In this document: positions 21,251 through 33,380 of the stretch, in pieces
How the letters are laid out: each line of letters opens with the position of its first letter
How positions within the stretch are numbered: the first letter of the stretch is position 1
Assembly (NCBI GenBank): GCA_020536535.1
Contig: JAHLWZ010000920.1
Span: forward strand, 1-47,565
DNA length: 47,565 nucleotides
Reading direction: 5' to 3'
DNA from: Pelomyxa schiedti
Taxonomy: Eukaryota > Protista > Evosea
Made by a program: the position numbers and the translations under genes
Notes under the pieces: generated by a model
Seen by the model: only the letters and a program-made list of their open reading frames with translations
The model's database searches: none
Told to the model about the DNA's origin: nothing

Positions 21251-23765
21251 ATGGCCACGTCACGAGTCATGAGCGCACCAGTCTACGACGACAGCAACAG
21301 CGCGTACCTCTCGCTTATGGGATACTGCCCCGACGTACTCCCCCTCTCTTCCGCTCCCTCCTACTTCCCCGAGGACTTCCCCACCTCCTCCTCATCTTCC
21401 TCCTCCTTCTCTGCCAACGACGAAACCGGGCCGATCGCGCCGTCGATACGCCCATATCCTTTCAAGACAGAGCAGAACCCCACAGCAGCAACAACAACAA
21501 CAACACCCATCACCCCCACGAAAACTGCGCCCCTTGAGCAGCAACAACAACAACGACGCAAGCGAAGACGCACGCACGAGGTGCTGAGCATCTCGTTCGA
21601 GGGGGCGTCGAGCATCAAGCAGTCCTCGTCGCCCTCTACGTCGCCTAGCAGCAGGCCAAACTCCACGCCGCTTCCCGGGACTCCGTCGCCGACCCTGTCG
21701 CCCAACGGCTTGCTGCCTCTGCCTATTATGGGACTCACCGCTGCCTCCTCCTCTGGCTGCTCTCTCGTGGGAGGATCTGGATTCGCTACTTCCACTACTT
21801 CTTCTTCTTCTTCTTCGCAGAATGGCCGTGCCGGGCCTCATCCTCCCCCTCCGTTGCCTGTGATGCTTCCTGTATCTTGCTGTTCTGAGAAGATTGCTGA
21901 TGAGCTGCAGTCTCAGCAGAACTTTCCGGCGTGCTCGATCTCGCCTGAGATTGGAAGCCCTGTGCTGGAGCCTACCCAGTTCTATTCCAACATAATCAAC
22001 TTCCCACAGCAGTTGCCTTTCTTGGAGCCTCTGGAATGCTCCACTCCCACAATTAATGTGTCCCCAACAATACCCCCTACGCACCACCCGGGGTTCCCCG
22101 CAACGACTAATTCCCCTGTTCTCGGCTCGCCGCTCCCACAGCGCAATTTTAACGTGCAGTCTGAGTGCCCTTTCCAATCTCCCACAATGACGCCGCTGAT
22201 GTCGCCGGCGGTGCCCAACGCTGCCTTCAGTTGTGCCTCGACTTTGGGGGATCTCTTCATTGATACACTTTCACCCCCTTCGGCAACTTCTGGGTGTTCT
22301 TCACCTACCTCTGCAATTGTGGACACTTTGGCGCCAACAAGTTGCCAGTTCTCTGATGCAAGCCTTCCCATAATCACGTTGTCTACTTACGATCTATTCC
22401 CGCGAAGAGTCGAAAGAGTATGCAGGGGAAAATAAACAAAAGGGGGAGGGTAGAACCTAAAAACGAACAATTCTAACATATGCACCAAAAAAGATGACAG
22501 TTAACGTTCCCTCAGCTTGGAGACAACAAAGAGGCTTATCTGAAAGGGAGATAGAAGCCCAAGTCCTTGCATCACAAGTTTGTGGTGCGAATGGCACTGT
22601 TGGAGGTACATAAAAAACCGCATACCATTAACACCATCTCACTCATGAATAGTTCAATGCTTTAAATGCAATAAAGTGACTGGTAGTGTCATTGAAATCA
22701 CCCGCTTGACAGAATCTTCCCCTAAATCTACATCAAGTACTTCCACAACAATGGAAAGATTTGTGTTTGGGATAAAATCTATCTGCACCTCCTCTGCGTG
22801 AGTACTCTTTTGTTTGCTTTTTCAAAATATTCACTGAGCAATAGACAACACTTGAGAGGACCGGTAGTAATATCTGTCACATTCTTCCCTGGTTGCACAG
22901 TGACAACCGCCCCGTTTAACTTACACTCTCGAGCAAAAGAAAGAGGGATGGACTGTCGCGTACGCCAGAAAGACAGAGGTAATAGATAAAGAATAACTCA
23001 AACAGTGTTTTCTAATTACCGCACAGCTCTCTCTCCAACGAATCGAGACAAACTCGTGGCAACATCTTGTGCTCCCACCCCCTATTCTGCTCCAGTTTCT
23101 GTTCCAACAATCACTCCAATTCCTAGTCCTGCACCAGCCCAATGTGAGTGTCTTTTTATTTCCCTGTCAAATAAATAGCTGACTGTACACATAGATACCC
23201 CCACCATGGTGGCAGTTGTTCTTGGTGGTCTGATGCCATCCAACTCTGCTCTATCAGCTGATGCCAGTGGATCAGTGGGATTTGATCAATTGCATTCCCC
23301 TAGTGCCGATTCCTCCACTGCCCCTGAGAGAGGAAATCCAAGCGTCGGCAACATTGACAACAGTGACTTCGAAATGCTCCGTTTCATCACCGCAAACTCG
23401 CAATTCTTCCACAGTGTGCGTGTGGTTACGATTCCCGAATGCAACATCAACCTGGAATCCTCAGTGAACGTGAATGCAGTTTGTTTGAAAGACTACAGTG
23501 TGGTATGAACCTCAAACACAAATGTTTCCGCATCTTCTTACACAAATTTACAGCTGTGTGACCTTATCTCCCAGCATAAAGTGCAAGCTGTTTTTTCTTC
23601 TAGAACCTGGAAAAACCTTTTGTCTGACTTTTGTGATGTCTACTCTGTACCGTATGCACACCTTCAATGTATTCAAACAACACGACTTACTCTAAAATCA
23701 GATTCTCTTCCAATACTGGAACTGCGTGGTGTATACTAAATTCTATACTGCCCCATGCTTGTTAA
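21251..23765 (+). CDS. Putative CudA-like transcription factor, paralogue 1 (long Pro/Ser/Thr-rich N-terminus with NLS)
   Basis: NLS-like RRKRRR and a low-complexity N-terminus. The core is VPSAWR...CFKC...FVFGIKSICTSSAQHLRGPVVI...PFNLHSR. It is clearly paralogous to 39443-41020. The CudA assignment is from memory and tentative. Confidence 0.55.
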
Positions 23766-23966
23766 AGTAGATTGGCACAAGCACTAGGGCATGTACAAAC
23801 AAGTACAAATCATGTACAAAGAGTAAAAACAACTGTATTTATTCATTTTTTTTTTCCTAAAAAACGAACCCTGTTTTTGGGGTGGTGCCTTGGTTCCATG
23901 GCACGATGGCTGGTTTTTCTCTGCTGTATAAGTACAAGGGTTGTAAATAAATAAATGAAAGCAAGC

Positions 23967-26422
23967 CTAATGCCCAGCAGCGGACATTTTGGCTAAGTCC
24001 CGAATTTCCTTGCGGCCTTTCGCCGTCAGAAATTTGAACATTCCTGATAGTGAACAAGAGCCTATCAATGCTGCTCCAGTAACTGCAGTAAGAAATATAA
24101 AAGCATCCTTGAATGATTGTTCTGAGTAGCCAGTGTAGTAGTGAGTCTCGTAGCCATCACTGCTATCGCTCACTGATACGGAATAGGCTATGGTATAGGA
24201 ATGCTTGTTGAGGAATATTGTTACAAGTACAGGGCCAAGAGAGCCTCCAACGAATTTTAGGCATAAATTGGCTCCAGATATAGCGCCAAACTCGTCACTC
24301 TTACTGATGACAGTTATCATGTTGATTATGGCAATTGTGAGCATTCCTAGACCAACTCCAGCAACAGTATTTAAAATCACGGTTTGTGCTACAGTGTCGT
24401 GATATTCAATCATCAAGCCTATCCCAAGTACCGTGACAGCTGAAGACACAACATTTGCAACAGGATACCCTAAGGTCATCCCAAAACCAAGGGCACCAGG
24501 CATTGCTGCTATCATTGCAACACCAAAGGGTAGCAAGTACAATCCAACTTGGAGCATATCACTGGGTTCTACCTGGGGGCAAAGTTAGTTGTATAAAACG
24601 TGGAAAAACTACTTTGAAAGCCATAGATGGCTCCATGTAGAGATAAGGTAGCATCTGGAAAAGAGCGAACTGAGCAAGCCCAGATGTAACGGAAACGAAA
24701 ATAAGAACGAGTTGGTTTCGATTCAGAAGACTCTTAACAGGAATTATGGGGTGGGGCACCCAGAGTTCCCAGAAAACAAGTACAACAAGCAGGCAAAAGC
24801 CTATAATGACGAGGCACAAAGTGCCAACATCATCCCAGCCCCATGAATCGCTGTGGCAATGTTAGAGCAATGATGTCGTCAAGCCACTAAACCTGAGTGT
24901 GAAACTCATCAATATCATAATGACACCAGCAGCAAGTAAAAAGGCTCCAATTACATCCATCTTGAAGAATCTCTTTCTCATTGTCATAGGTCCCTCATCA
25001 TCCGCGTCTGCGTCTTCTACGGAAGTATTGCCATCGTCGTCTGGCCAATACTTTTTGCAACAAGGCAGGCCTAAAATACACTTCGGGATTCCCGGCATGG
25101 TGATTGCCAAGGCCACAGTAAATAAAAAGATGATAGGGAATGTTATCCAGAACACAGAGTGCCACTTGATTTGTTCGAGTGCGGCAGCACCTCCAACAAT
25201 TCCTATACTCATCCCTATACTCATCATACTTGAAATAATTCCCATTAGGGGGGTGACCAATTCATCAGGGAAAGATGTCCTTACAATAGTGAGGCCCAGT
25301 ACAAATATCTACGGCTACTAAGAATATAAAGCCAAATAGAAAAATAATACGTACAGCCATGCCAAATCCCTGCAAAGCACGCCCAGCAATAAGAACAAAT
25401 ATGCTGCTTGAACTCAGAGCACAAACCACCTGTCCTATCATGTACACTGATAAACTGGCTATAGTTATCCATTTGGGGCCAAACATATCTGCCAGAGAAC
25501 CAGAAATTGGAGTCCAAACAGCACCAATGATATTGTAAATGGATAAAATCCAGGGTACCCAGTCAGAATCCTCATAGAATTGCTTCATGATTTCGGGCAG
25601 AGCAGGGACCAAGCACAGCTCCACAAACATAACTGCAACAGACAAGAAAATCAGTTCCGATACAAGGAACCACTGGCGAACACTCAGAGACCTAAAAGGA
25701 TTTCGCTTCTTGGCCGGAGGTGTAGCATCAGGATTCTGAGTAGAAGCAATACTTTCCGTTGGAACAGGCGGTGTCAGTGATGTAACATTTATTGGCTCGT
25801 GAATGATAACTTCCAATTCAACTTCGGACTGATTTGTGGGCTCTTTTGGTGGCTCTGCCCTTTCGTGATGTTTTGTGGAATGTCTGTGGTGTTGATGGTG
25901 ATGAATGTGCTGCTCCCTCTTGGCACTAGACCCATAACTGGAACTTGTAGTACTAGACCGAGATTGGGAGCTGGAACTGGAGCTGGAGCTTGATTTGGAA
26001 CGAGAGCGAGAATGGTGAGCGGGCCTGTGGTGATTATGGGATTGATGTTGGTGCCGTTTATAATGTTCCGATGAGGGAGTTGCTGATGTTGCCGATGAAG
26101 ACGACGACGATGAAGGCGATGAAGACGACGCCGACGAGGAAGAAGAAGGGGACGAGGATGACGAGCCCGAGGAAGACGAGGACGAGGAAGACGACGAACA
26201 AGACGGGGAATGAGAACGAGACCTAGAAGAAGACGAAGAGTCGTCGTGGACTACCTTGGTTCGGATTTCTTCGTGGTTATTGGAGCCACGGTGCGGTGAT
26301 GAATATGAATGATGGGACGGGCTGTGGTGGGGCCCGTGGACTCCCCCACGACGATGATGGTCGTCGACGCGGCTGCGGGATGTGGCGTGGTGTGGCCGTT
26401 GGGGTTGTGGTGAGGACGACAT
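23967..26422 (-). CDS. MFS transporter (DHA2/14-TM-like) with a ~240-aa Ser/His-rich N-terminal extension
   Basis: LVPALPEI, WILSIY, motif A GSLADMFGPK, motif B GRALQGFG, WHSVFW, MDVIGA, PIIPVKSL and GGSLGP, plus many hydrophobic helices. Confidence 0.9.
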
Positions 26423-26747
26423 CTCTTCGTCTTCTGTCGCACGAATTTTTGTGTGGCAAAGAGGAATTCGTTTCTTTTATGGCGATTATCGGTTTTCCTG
26501 CGATTTTCGGAAGATCGTGAAGTTCACCTAATACAACAAGAAAAGATGACTCAGGTGTGCCCCTGCACACTTTCACAAGGAAATGGTCGAAGGCACAACC
26601 CAAGGGTTTGATGTTCTGGAATCAGTCGGGGTTCTGAGGATTCAGCTGGACGCCCTTCGTCGCCCAGAGTTTTGTGGATCAAAAAGGCCTACAGGATTGC
26701 GCAGTGGTGAAGGCTGACTGTACCTAGTGGGGCTTCGTCGTACGATT

Positions 26748-28341
26748 ATGGGAGGTCACCGGTGGGGCGCCCAGACTTGTCTCGTTGCGATCTACTCCCT
26801 TGCCGTCCTTGTTCTGTTGGCCGTCGTCGTGTCCACCCTCGTGATGGCGTTTACCAACACCCATAAGTGCTACACCCCGATGCCGGAGGACGACGACGTC
26901 TACTCCGACGAGTACTGGGGACCCTGGGACGCTCACCCTCAGGCTCTCGGCGTCGCCAGAAGGAACCTCACCGGCGCCGAACGAGCCCTCCTCCCACGTC
27001 AAAGTGGGGCGGCGGAAGGAGACACAGACTCGGAGTCCACGTCGGATTATGGGAGCAACGACGACGATTCGTTGGTGGGGGGTGTGCCCATGGTAATTCA
27101 CATGTTCTGGGAAACGTCGTTTGGAAATGAGCCTCCAAAGTGTATGATGCTATTGCCTATGATGTCAATGATGAACGTAATGCCTGGAAGGTTTTTACTC
27201 GTTTCCTTCGTAAAATTTGCCCTAAAATAACGTCTAGACCCATAGTCATTCATTCAAATACACTGCCAGTGGATTTCTTTAGTGAACTTCACAATGTAAC
27301 GCCAGATGGGGTGTCACTGCTCCAGTTTCTTACCATTTAAAATAGGCAAATATTCAAATAGAACGCTATGATCTCGCAAAAATGGCTGCAATGGAAGAGC
27401 TCCCAGGTTCCATTTGGCTTCAGCACAACTTACAGTCCATCTCTTTGCACTTGAGCACAACCAATTCCTCTGTCAAACCGCTGGGAAGATGGGGAATGCA
27501 CCACCTTAGCGACTTCTTACGGCTTGCTTGGTTGTATATGTATGGAGGATCTTACCTTGACTTCGATTTTGTCATTGCAAAGAAGTTCCCGACTGTGACA
27601 AATCTCGTTGCGAGAAGCGAGGCCACTGGGTGCCCTTCAAGGTACAAGATGGCACCTTGCATACCACAGCGGTTTCATGATTGCTATCATGACAAAACTC
27701 CTCGTACGCCTAAAGTTTGTAACATTGATTCCTATGTTTAAATACATTACTCGCACATAAGACTAATCTTCAAATGTCCTATAGCTGATTCTCCAGTATT
27801 CTTCCTGCCTCATAATGGAGCGTTGTTCAACTTTAGACCCCAGAACGCCTTTATAGGCCGCTGCCTTGAACTGTATGTCTGACAAGGAAACAGTGTTAAA
27901 GAAAACATTTTCTCCAGGTTTAATTCCTATTACAACAAGGACTGCAAGGGTTGCGTTGGGCCAGGGCTTATTACCAACACATACATGAATTTTCTCACTC
28001 GAACCCTTAAACCGCCACGAAAGCTTCATACAATGCCCTCTTCAGCACTTCTAGTGACCAGAAATGCAGGGTAGTTGTTCTCACCTACACCTAACTTTTT
28101 CTCACATTCATTTGCAGAGAGAAGAATGGAATCCCGGAAGAGTGGTCAGCAGTCATTGTTCATTTCCTTCACGGCACAAGTACCAACTCCTCACGCCCAT
28201 TGAACACAGCTACCTTTGCATTCAAGTGGTACAAGTATGTTTTCTCCTCACTTTCCTGTTGTAACAACCACTTCTAGATACCTCCATTCTCGGCTCACGA
28301 AAAAAGGTTTGCTGGAGGGTCCATTGGGTGTCTGTGGTTAA
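26748..28341 (+). CDS. Type II membrane glycosyltransferase, GT32 / alpha-1,4-glycosyltransferase-like
   Basis: N-terminal signal anchor, IHMFW, IHSNTL and HLSDFLRLAWLYMYGGSYLDFD (DxD motif). Confidence 0.85.
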
Positions 28342-28445
28342 ATGTTGAAAAGACCGCAAAATACAAAAAAAAATTTTGGTTCTACCAATATCCCCATTGG
28401 AAAAGCCGTTTTGTTATTTTGAAACACAAACACAATTGAAAATGG

Positions 28446-29689
28446 CTATGACCTGCGCAGGGACTTCACTTTCACCATAAAATCAGACACTCTCTGCCTT
28501 TCCACTTGATTAGCCCAGTAGCCCCCAGTTTTGAAATATGATCCAACAATAAGGGCGTCGGAGGCTTCCAGGTAGTTGTTTACATTGTCAATTGTGACAC
28601 CAGACCCAACAAGCACAGGAATATGAACATGGCTTTTCACCTTCAGGTTTTTTTTTGTTGTGTGAACCTTGGAAGTAAACGAAAAGGGGAAGTAAGGGCA
28701 TACTCGGCGAATTGCATCGAGGTCCGCTTCGGCTCCTGTAGCAACTCCTGTAACTATAACTCCATCACTAAGTAGAAGTAAGTTTTTTGAGGGAAGAAGA
28801 GTTTTCGTGCCTTAAGAAATACTCTGCCGCCTTGGCTGTTTCTTCTATACTGACATCGGCAGTTATGGCATGGGAACTATGTTTCTTCTTAATGTCCGTA
28901 ATCTTTTGAAAAAAAGGGTAGTGATTTTGGATGTTTGAAGAAGGAAGGGGAAGTGGTACAATTTTCACATTGTCTGCACCTATTGATTTTCTGTAGCGAA
29001 GTAGTTTCCCTGCGCAACTGTCCATCATGCCTGTGTATTTGAGTTGAAAGTATCAATTCGAACTTAAAGGACTATACCCTCGTCTGCCATGTGTCCAAAA
29101 ACAAATCCCTCGGCCCGAATGAAATCCAACCCAGAGGCATGTGCCACTGCAATAGCTTCTTCGTTCTGAGCAGCAAGAATCTGAATTCCGCAAGGAAGGG
29201 CAGGAGCAGCAGATTTTACCTGGTTTGGTCATCAGTACCAACTTCGAAAAAAGTAAAATAAGACAACATAAAAACAAAATGAAAATCAACAAAAGTACTC
29301 AATAGCTTCCAAAAAAGATCAGCTACTTACTGCTAGAGAGACTGCAGTCATTGTGGCAACAACCTCAGGACCAACAGCATTGAAGTTTCTGTTGAGATAA
29401 GGCACATCATGCATATTTTCCACCATAAGTGCATCAATCCCACACTCTAGGGTTTTTTTTTTTTTTAGAAGAGAACAAACCCTCAAATATAAACACGTCC
29501 CCACCCCTCGCTATACGAGTTATGGGTTGCAGGTTTACCTTTGTACAATGCCGCCTCGTTAACAGCGTTTTGGACAATTTGTGACACGGTCTTACAGCAC
29601 CCGGGGGTGCCAGGCAACGCCCCAACGTGTATCATTCCCACAATTACGCCCGGGCGCCCACCAAACAAAGGTACTCCTCGTGCGGCCAT
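28446..29689 (-). CDS. BtpA/SgcQ family TIM-barrel protein
   Basis: IVGMIHVGALPGTP, VENMHDVPY, DFIRAEGFVFGHMADEG, DIKKKHSSHAIT, DGVIVTG and PVLVGSGVT...IVGSYFK. Confidence 0.93.
28768..28810 (-). other. GC-AG intron (43 nt) in the BtpA-family gene
   Basis: TTC TTA AG|gcacg...acttag|T GAT GGA restores the conserved FLSDGVIVTG. Confidence 0.85.
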
Positions 29690-29770
29690 CTCAGAGGTTG
29701 CTTGATTCGTGATTGGTTGTACGGCGAACGAACTCGACACAAAGATTCGCCAATTTTCGCGCTGCATCAG
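29690..29770. promoter_or_regulatory. Very short head-to-head intergenic region (81 bp), candidate bidirectional promoter
   Basis: Divergent ATGs at 29689 and 29771, with ATTGG at 29712-29716 and CCAAT at 29750-29754. Confidence 0.5.
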
Positions 29771-32700
29771 ATGGCGACGAAGGGGTCACGAAACGTGCCT
29801 GCCAAGTCGACGACGCCACCGCCGGCGGCGACTCCCACGTCCACGACAACAACCACAACTTCTTCTTCGCCGGGAGCCACGAGCACGGCGTCGGGGTCGC
29901 TCAGCGCGTCGGGGGGCGTGACTGGTGCAGGCGCTGCCCAGGATTGTGGGATAACACTCACGATCGAGAAGTTTGCCAAGAGAACGGAAACCAAGGTCCG
30001 AAGCCCTGTGTGGAATAACGAGGGTTTGCAATGGTATTTTCGCCCCCTTTTTGTTTGTTGGTGTTGTGTTTCGTTCGCTTGTGGATTTGGTTTTTTTTTT
30101 TTTTTTTTTTTTTTTCTTCAAGTTTTGAAGAAAAATCTTTCCTGTGGTGGTTTTTTTTTTGTTTACATTTTTCTGTACAGGAGATTGAAGGTGTTCCCAA
30201 AGGGGAACGACGAAGAGGGTTGGATATCGGCGTATGTTGAGCTTGCTAACGCTGGTGAATTGCCTACTCCTTGGTCAGTGGAATGCCGGTGGAAAATAAC
30301 ACTGGTGCACAACGAAGACAAGTCCAAGTCAATTGAAAACAGTTGCGAAACTTGACCATTTCTACCTAGTCGCTTATGTGATCATTTTAAAATTGTCAGA
30401 ATTTAGATATACGTTTCAGCACGAATCAGACACACTGGACTGGGGTTTTAACAAATTTGTGGATTTCAAAGTTCTTCAAGAAGACCGAAACTTCTTCAAC
30501 AAAGGCGGCGCACTCACCTTTAAAGCGAATTTACTCTCTGCTGTTGTGACACCTCCACTGAGTATTTATTCCTCAATGGAGTGCAACTCACATAGAAATT
30601 CAGTTGTCAAAGTTAAAGTCTTCACGGAAAAAGACTTCTTCACACACAAGCTTGCAGACCTGATGGATGTCGATAATAAGCCTATTTCCTTCAGTGTTTC
30701 GAACAACGTTTCCTGCACCACACTTACTGTGCACTGATTTCCTTCGGTTTTTTCGTTACTCATTTTCATAAGGCTCGTGTGTCCTCATTTCTCAACATTG
30801 GAACGAAATGCTTCAGATTGTGGCGAATGGTGAGAAGAAAAAATAAAACAACTAGACCCCACGAAGTAGTAATGGAGAAGGAATTACTTAGGTGTGGACA
30901 CTTTTTTGTTCGTTTTATTAGTAACACAAAAACCCTTAGAGTAATGGCTGGGGAACTACTTCTTTTTGCGGAATGCTGTGAAGCACCTCCCCAACCACTT
31001 CCTCAGGTAGCTTCAATCGTACTGCCTACCCGTAACATGCCATAAGTATTATGCAGCTTTCCCACCGCTACCAGCAATTCTCATCTTCTTGAAATATTAC
31101 GATCCCCTATTCAGACGCCCCTGGTAGCATAAAATACTTTGCCTCATTATTCATGTATCCCAGTTATGTCGGGTCTCTCTATCTCGATCCTCTAGATTCA
31201 CTTAAATCCACCTCTCCAAAATTGCGCCAACTTGTTGGTTTACCAACGGACGCTGACTTAACTTTTTACGAGGTAACCTAAAGGCCAATAAACTGAAACT
31301 TAAGTCTAGTCTTAGGAAATTACCCCAACTAACATCGAAGTTCTGGATGCCAACAAAAACTTCAAGCAAGCCGAGCTCGTTTCTGGAGGTAAGCTTGCTC
31401 ACATATTTCAATCTGAGTCCTGTAGATGTAATTGTATATCAATCCAAGACTCTGAAAACACACAAATTGGCATCAGCATATGACTGGTATATGCATGCCA
31501 ACAACCATGTAACAGTCAAATTCGTGTATGACGCAGAAGATTCACCTCCCACTGCAACAGTAGACACTGCCCTCTCTTTTTCATTAAAGATGCATATTTT
31601 TGCATCAAAAGCACGAGTGCTTGAAAAAGTAGCTAAGAAGCTTGGAGAGATCAATCCTGAATCTTTGCTGTTACGAGACAAGAAAAAAGAGAAGCCATTG
31701 TGAGCTTTCACAGACGCTTTTTTCCCCCTTTAATAAACCAGAGGTCGGTACGAAACATTACAGGATATGCTTCTGGGTGCTGATGGCAAGGTTATCTTTT
31801 TTGAAGTTGTTGGATTTACAGAAGTGAAACTCAAAACTTTGATGCTTGTGTGCCCTCTTGTATTATATTTGAGTTTTTCTCACCATTGGTACAACTAAAG
31901 CAAAAGGCGGCCATTGACGAGGACTTGATGTGTCCTGCCTGCAAAAAACCTCATTCGACTCCCATGACTCATACCTGTGGGGCTCTTGTCTGCAATTCTT
32001 GTTTAAAGGTACCTGTTTAGCAGCTTCCCCCCCCTCCCCCCCACCTTCCATAGGAAATTTGCCCAGTGTGCAAGGTCTCTATTACACGAGATTCGATAGT
32101 GCGTGCTCCTGCTGTTGTTGAAAGGCGATTGAGTGCTTTCCACATATCCTGCCCAATTTGCAGTATGAATATTTCTCTTAGAGATTTGGAGGTCCACAGA
32201 AACGAATGCTTTATAGGTGTGCAAATTTCATGCTTACTTTTTTTTTTTAAAAAAATAATCAACAAAGATTGTCCTAGTGGGTGCAGTCTACCCGTTCTTG
32301 TCCACAACCAAAGTGAGCATCAAAGTATTTGTGCAATGAGTGCTGTTACTTGTGCCACTTGTGGTGTGGTTGTAAGGAGAGGGCACAAGATAACTCATCA
32401 CTCAAGGCGCTGCATTTCCCGTACCACTCCGCACAGTTATTTCTTTTCCCTGATTACCATTACCCCAGCATGTGCCAACGCCGGCTGTTCCCAGAACGTA
32501 GTACCAAATGGCCAATCGAAGCACGACATCGACTGCGCATTCAAAACAGTTCCCTGCCCTCAATGCGGGATGCCTATAACTACATCCATGCTTAACAAGA
32601 AGACTCCCCACTGCCAACGTAATTCATATCCCCAATATCTCCCCCCCCCTCCCATCCCCTTCTCTCTTTCTCACACAAACCCAAAAATACCAAAAATACA

Positions 32701-33013
32701 CCCAAAAATAGTGTGCACGGCATGCGGGCTCATGGTCGAGATATCGTCGATGGCGCGGCACGCCTCGCAGCTGTGCGCGGCCACCGAGGTGCCGTGCGAC
32801 TCGGCCGACACGATGCCGTGCACGTGGCGCGGGCCGAGGGGGAAGCTGCAGGACCACACCCGCGGCTGCATCTACAACGGCCTCAAGCACGTGCTGTCTC
32901 CGGTGGCTGCGCGGGAGGCCAAGGCAAAGGCCATGCTGGCCGCCGCTGAGCAAGAAAATCTGGCCCTCAAGGCCAGAATAGCAGAACTACAACAGAGGCT
33001 CTCTTCGTTGTGA
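29771..33013 (+). CDS. USP7-derived chimeric protein: MATH, USP7-type UBL1-3, RING, TRAF-type zinc fingers and coiled coil (no USP catalytic domain)
   Basis: MATH: WRLKVFPKGN...DWGFNKFV. UBL: FRLWRMVRRKNKTTRP, ILIFLKYYDP, FYEEI, ELVSGDVIVYQ, VLEKVAKKLG. RING: DLMCPAC...TCGALVCNSC...CPVC. Then TRAF fingers and a coiled coil, all joined by GT-AG introns. Confidence 0.85.
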
Positions 33014-33380
33014 GGCCCACAAAAGTTAAGCAAAGAAAAGATCATTTTCCATGAACTTGTGCACACAGGAATTTCCATGTCCAAAAGTGGAAGCTGGCTT
33101 TTCTCGATGCGATCGGAAAAAGGGGAAAAGCCGGAAATTCCGATGAGAAGAAGGCCACTTTTTATTTCCCTATCGGTAGGCTCGGGCTGGCGATAGGATC
33201 GAAAAAATAAAAAAGATAAGGCAGAAAAATGGCTGTTGCCTGTCGCCTGTGTTTTGGCGGCGCATAAAAGGCGATTTTTTGGGTGCTTGACACAACCACA
33301 ACAAAAACCAAACAAAACGATAACAACAAGCTTGTGAGGCAACACCTCTCAACTTTAACGACGACGAGATCTCAGCCAAG

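Noticed and set aside
28446-29689. BtpA/SgcQ gene as a novel horizontal transfer
   Set aside because: The family is already known from various eukaryotes, and nothing here shows recent transfer without a phylogeny.
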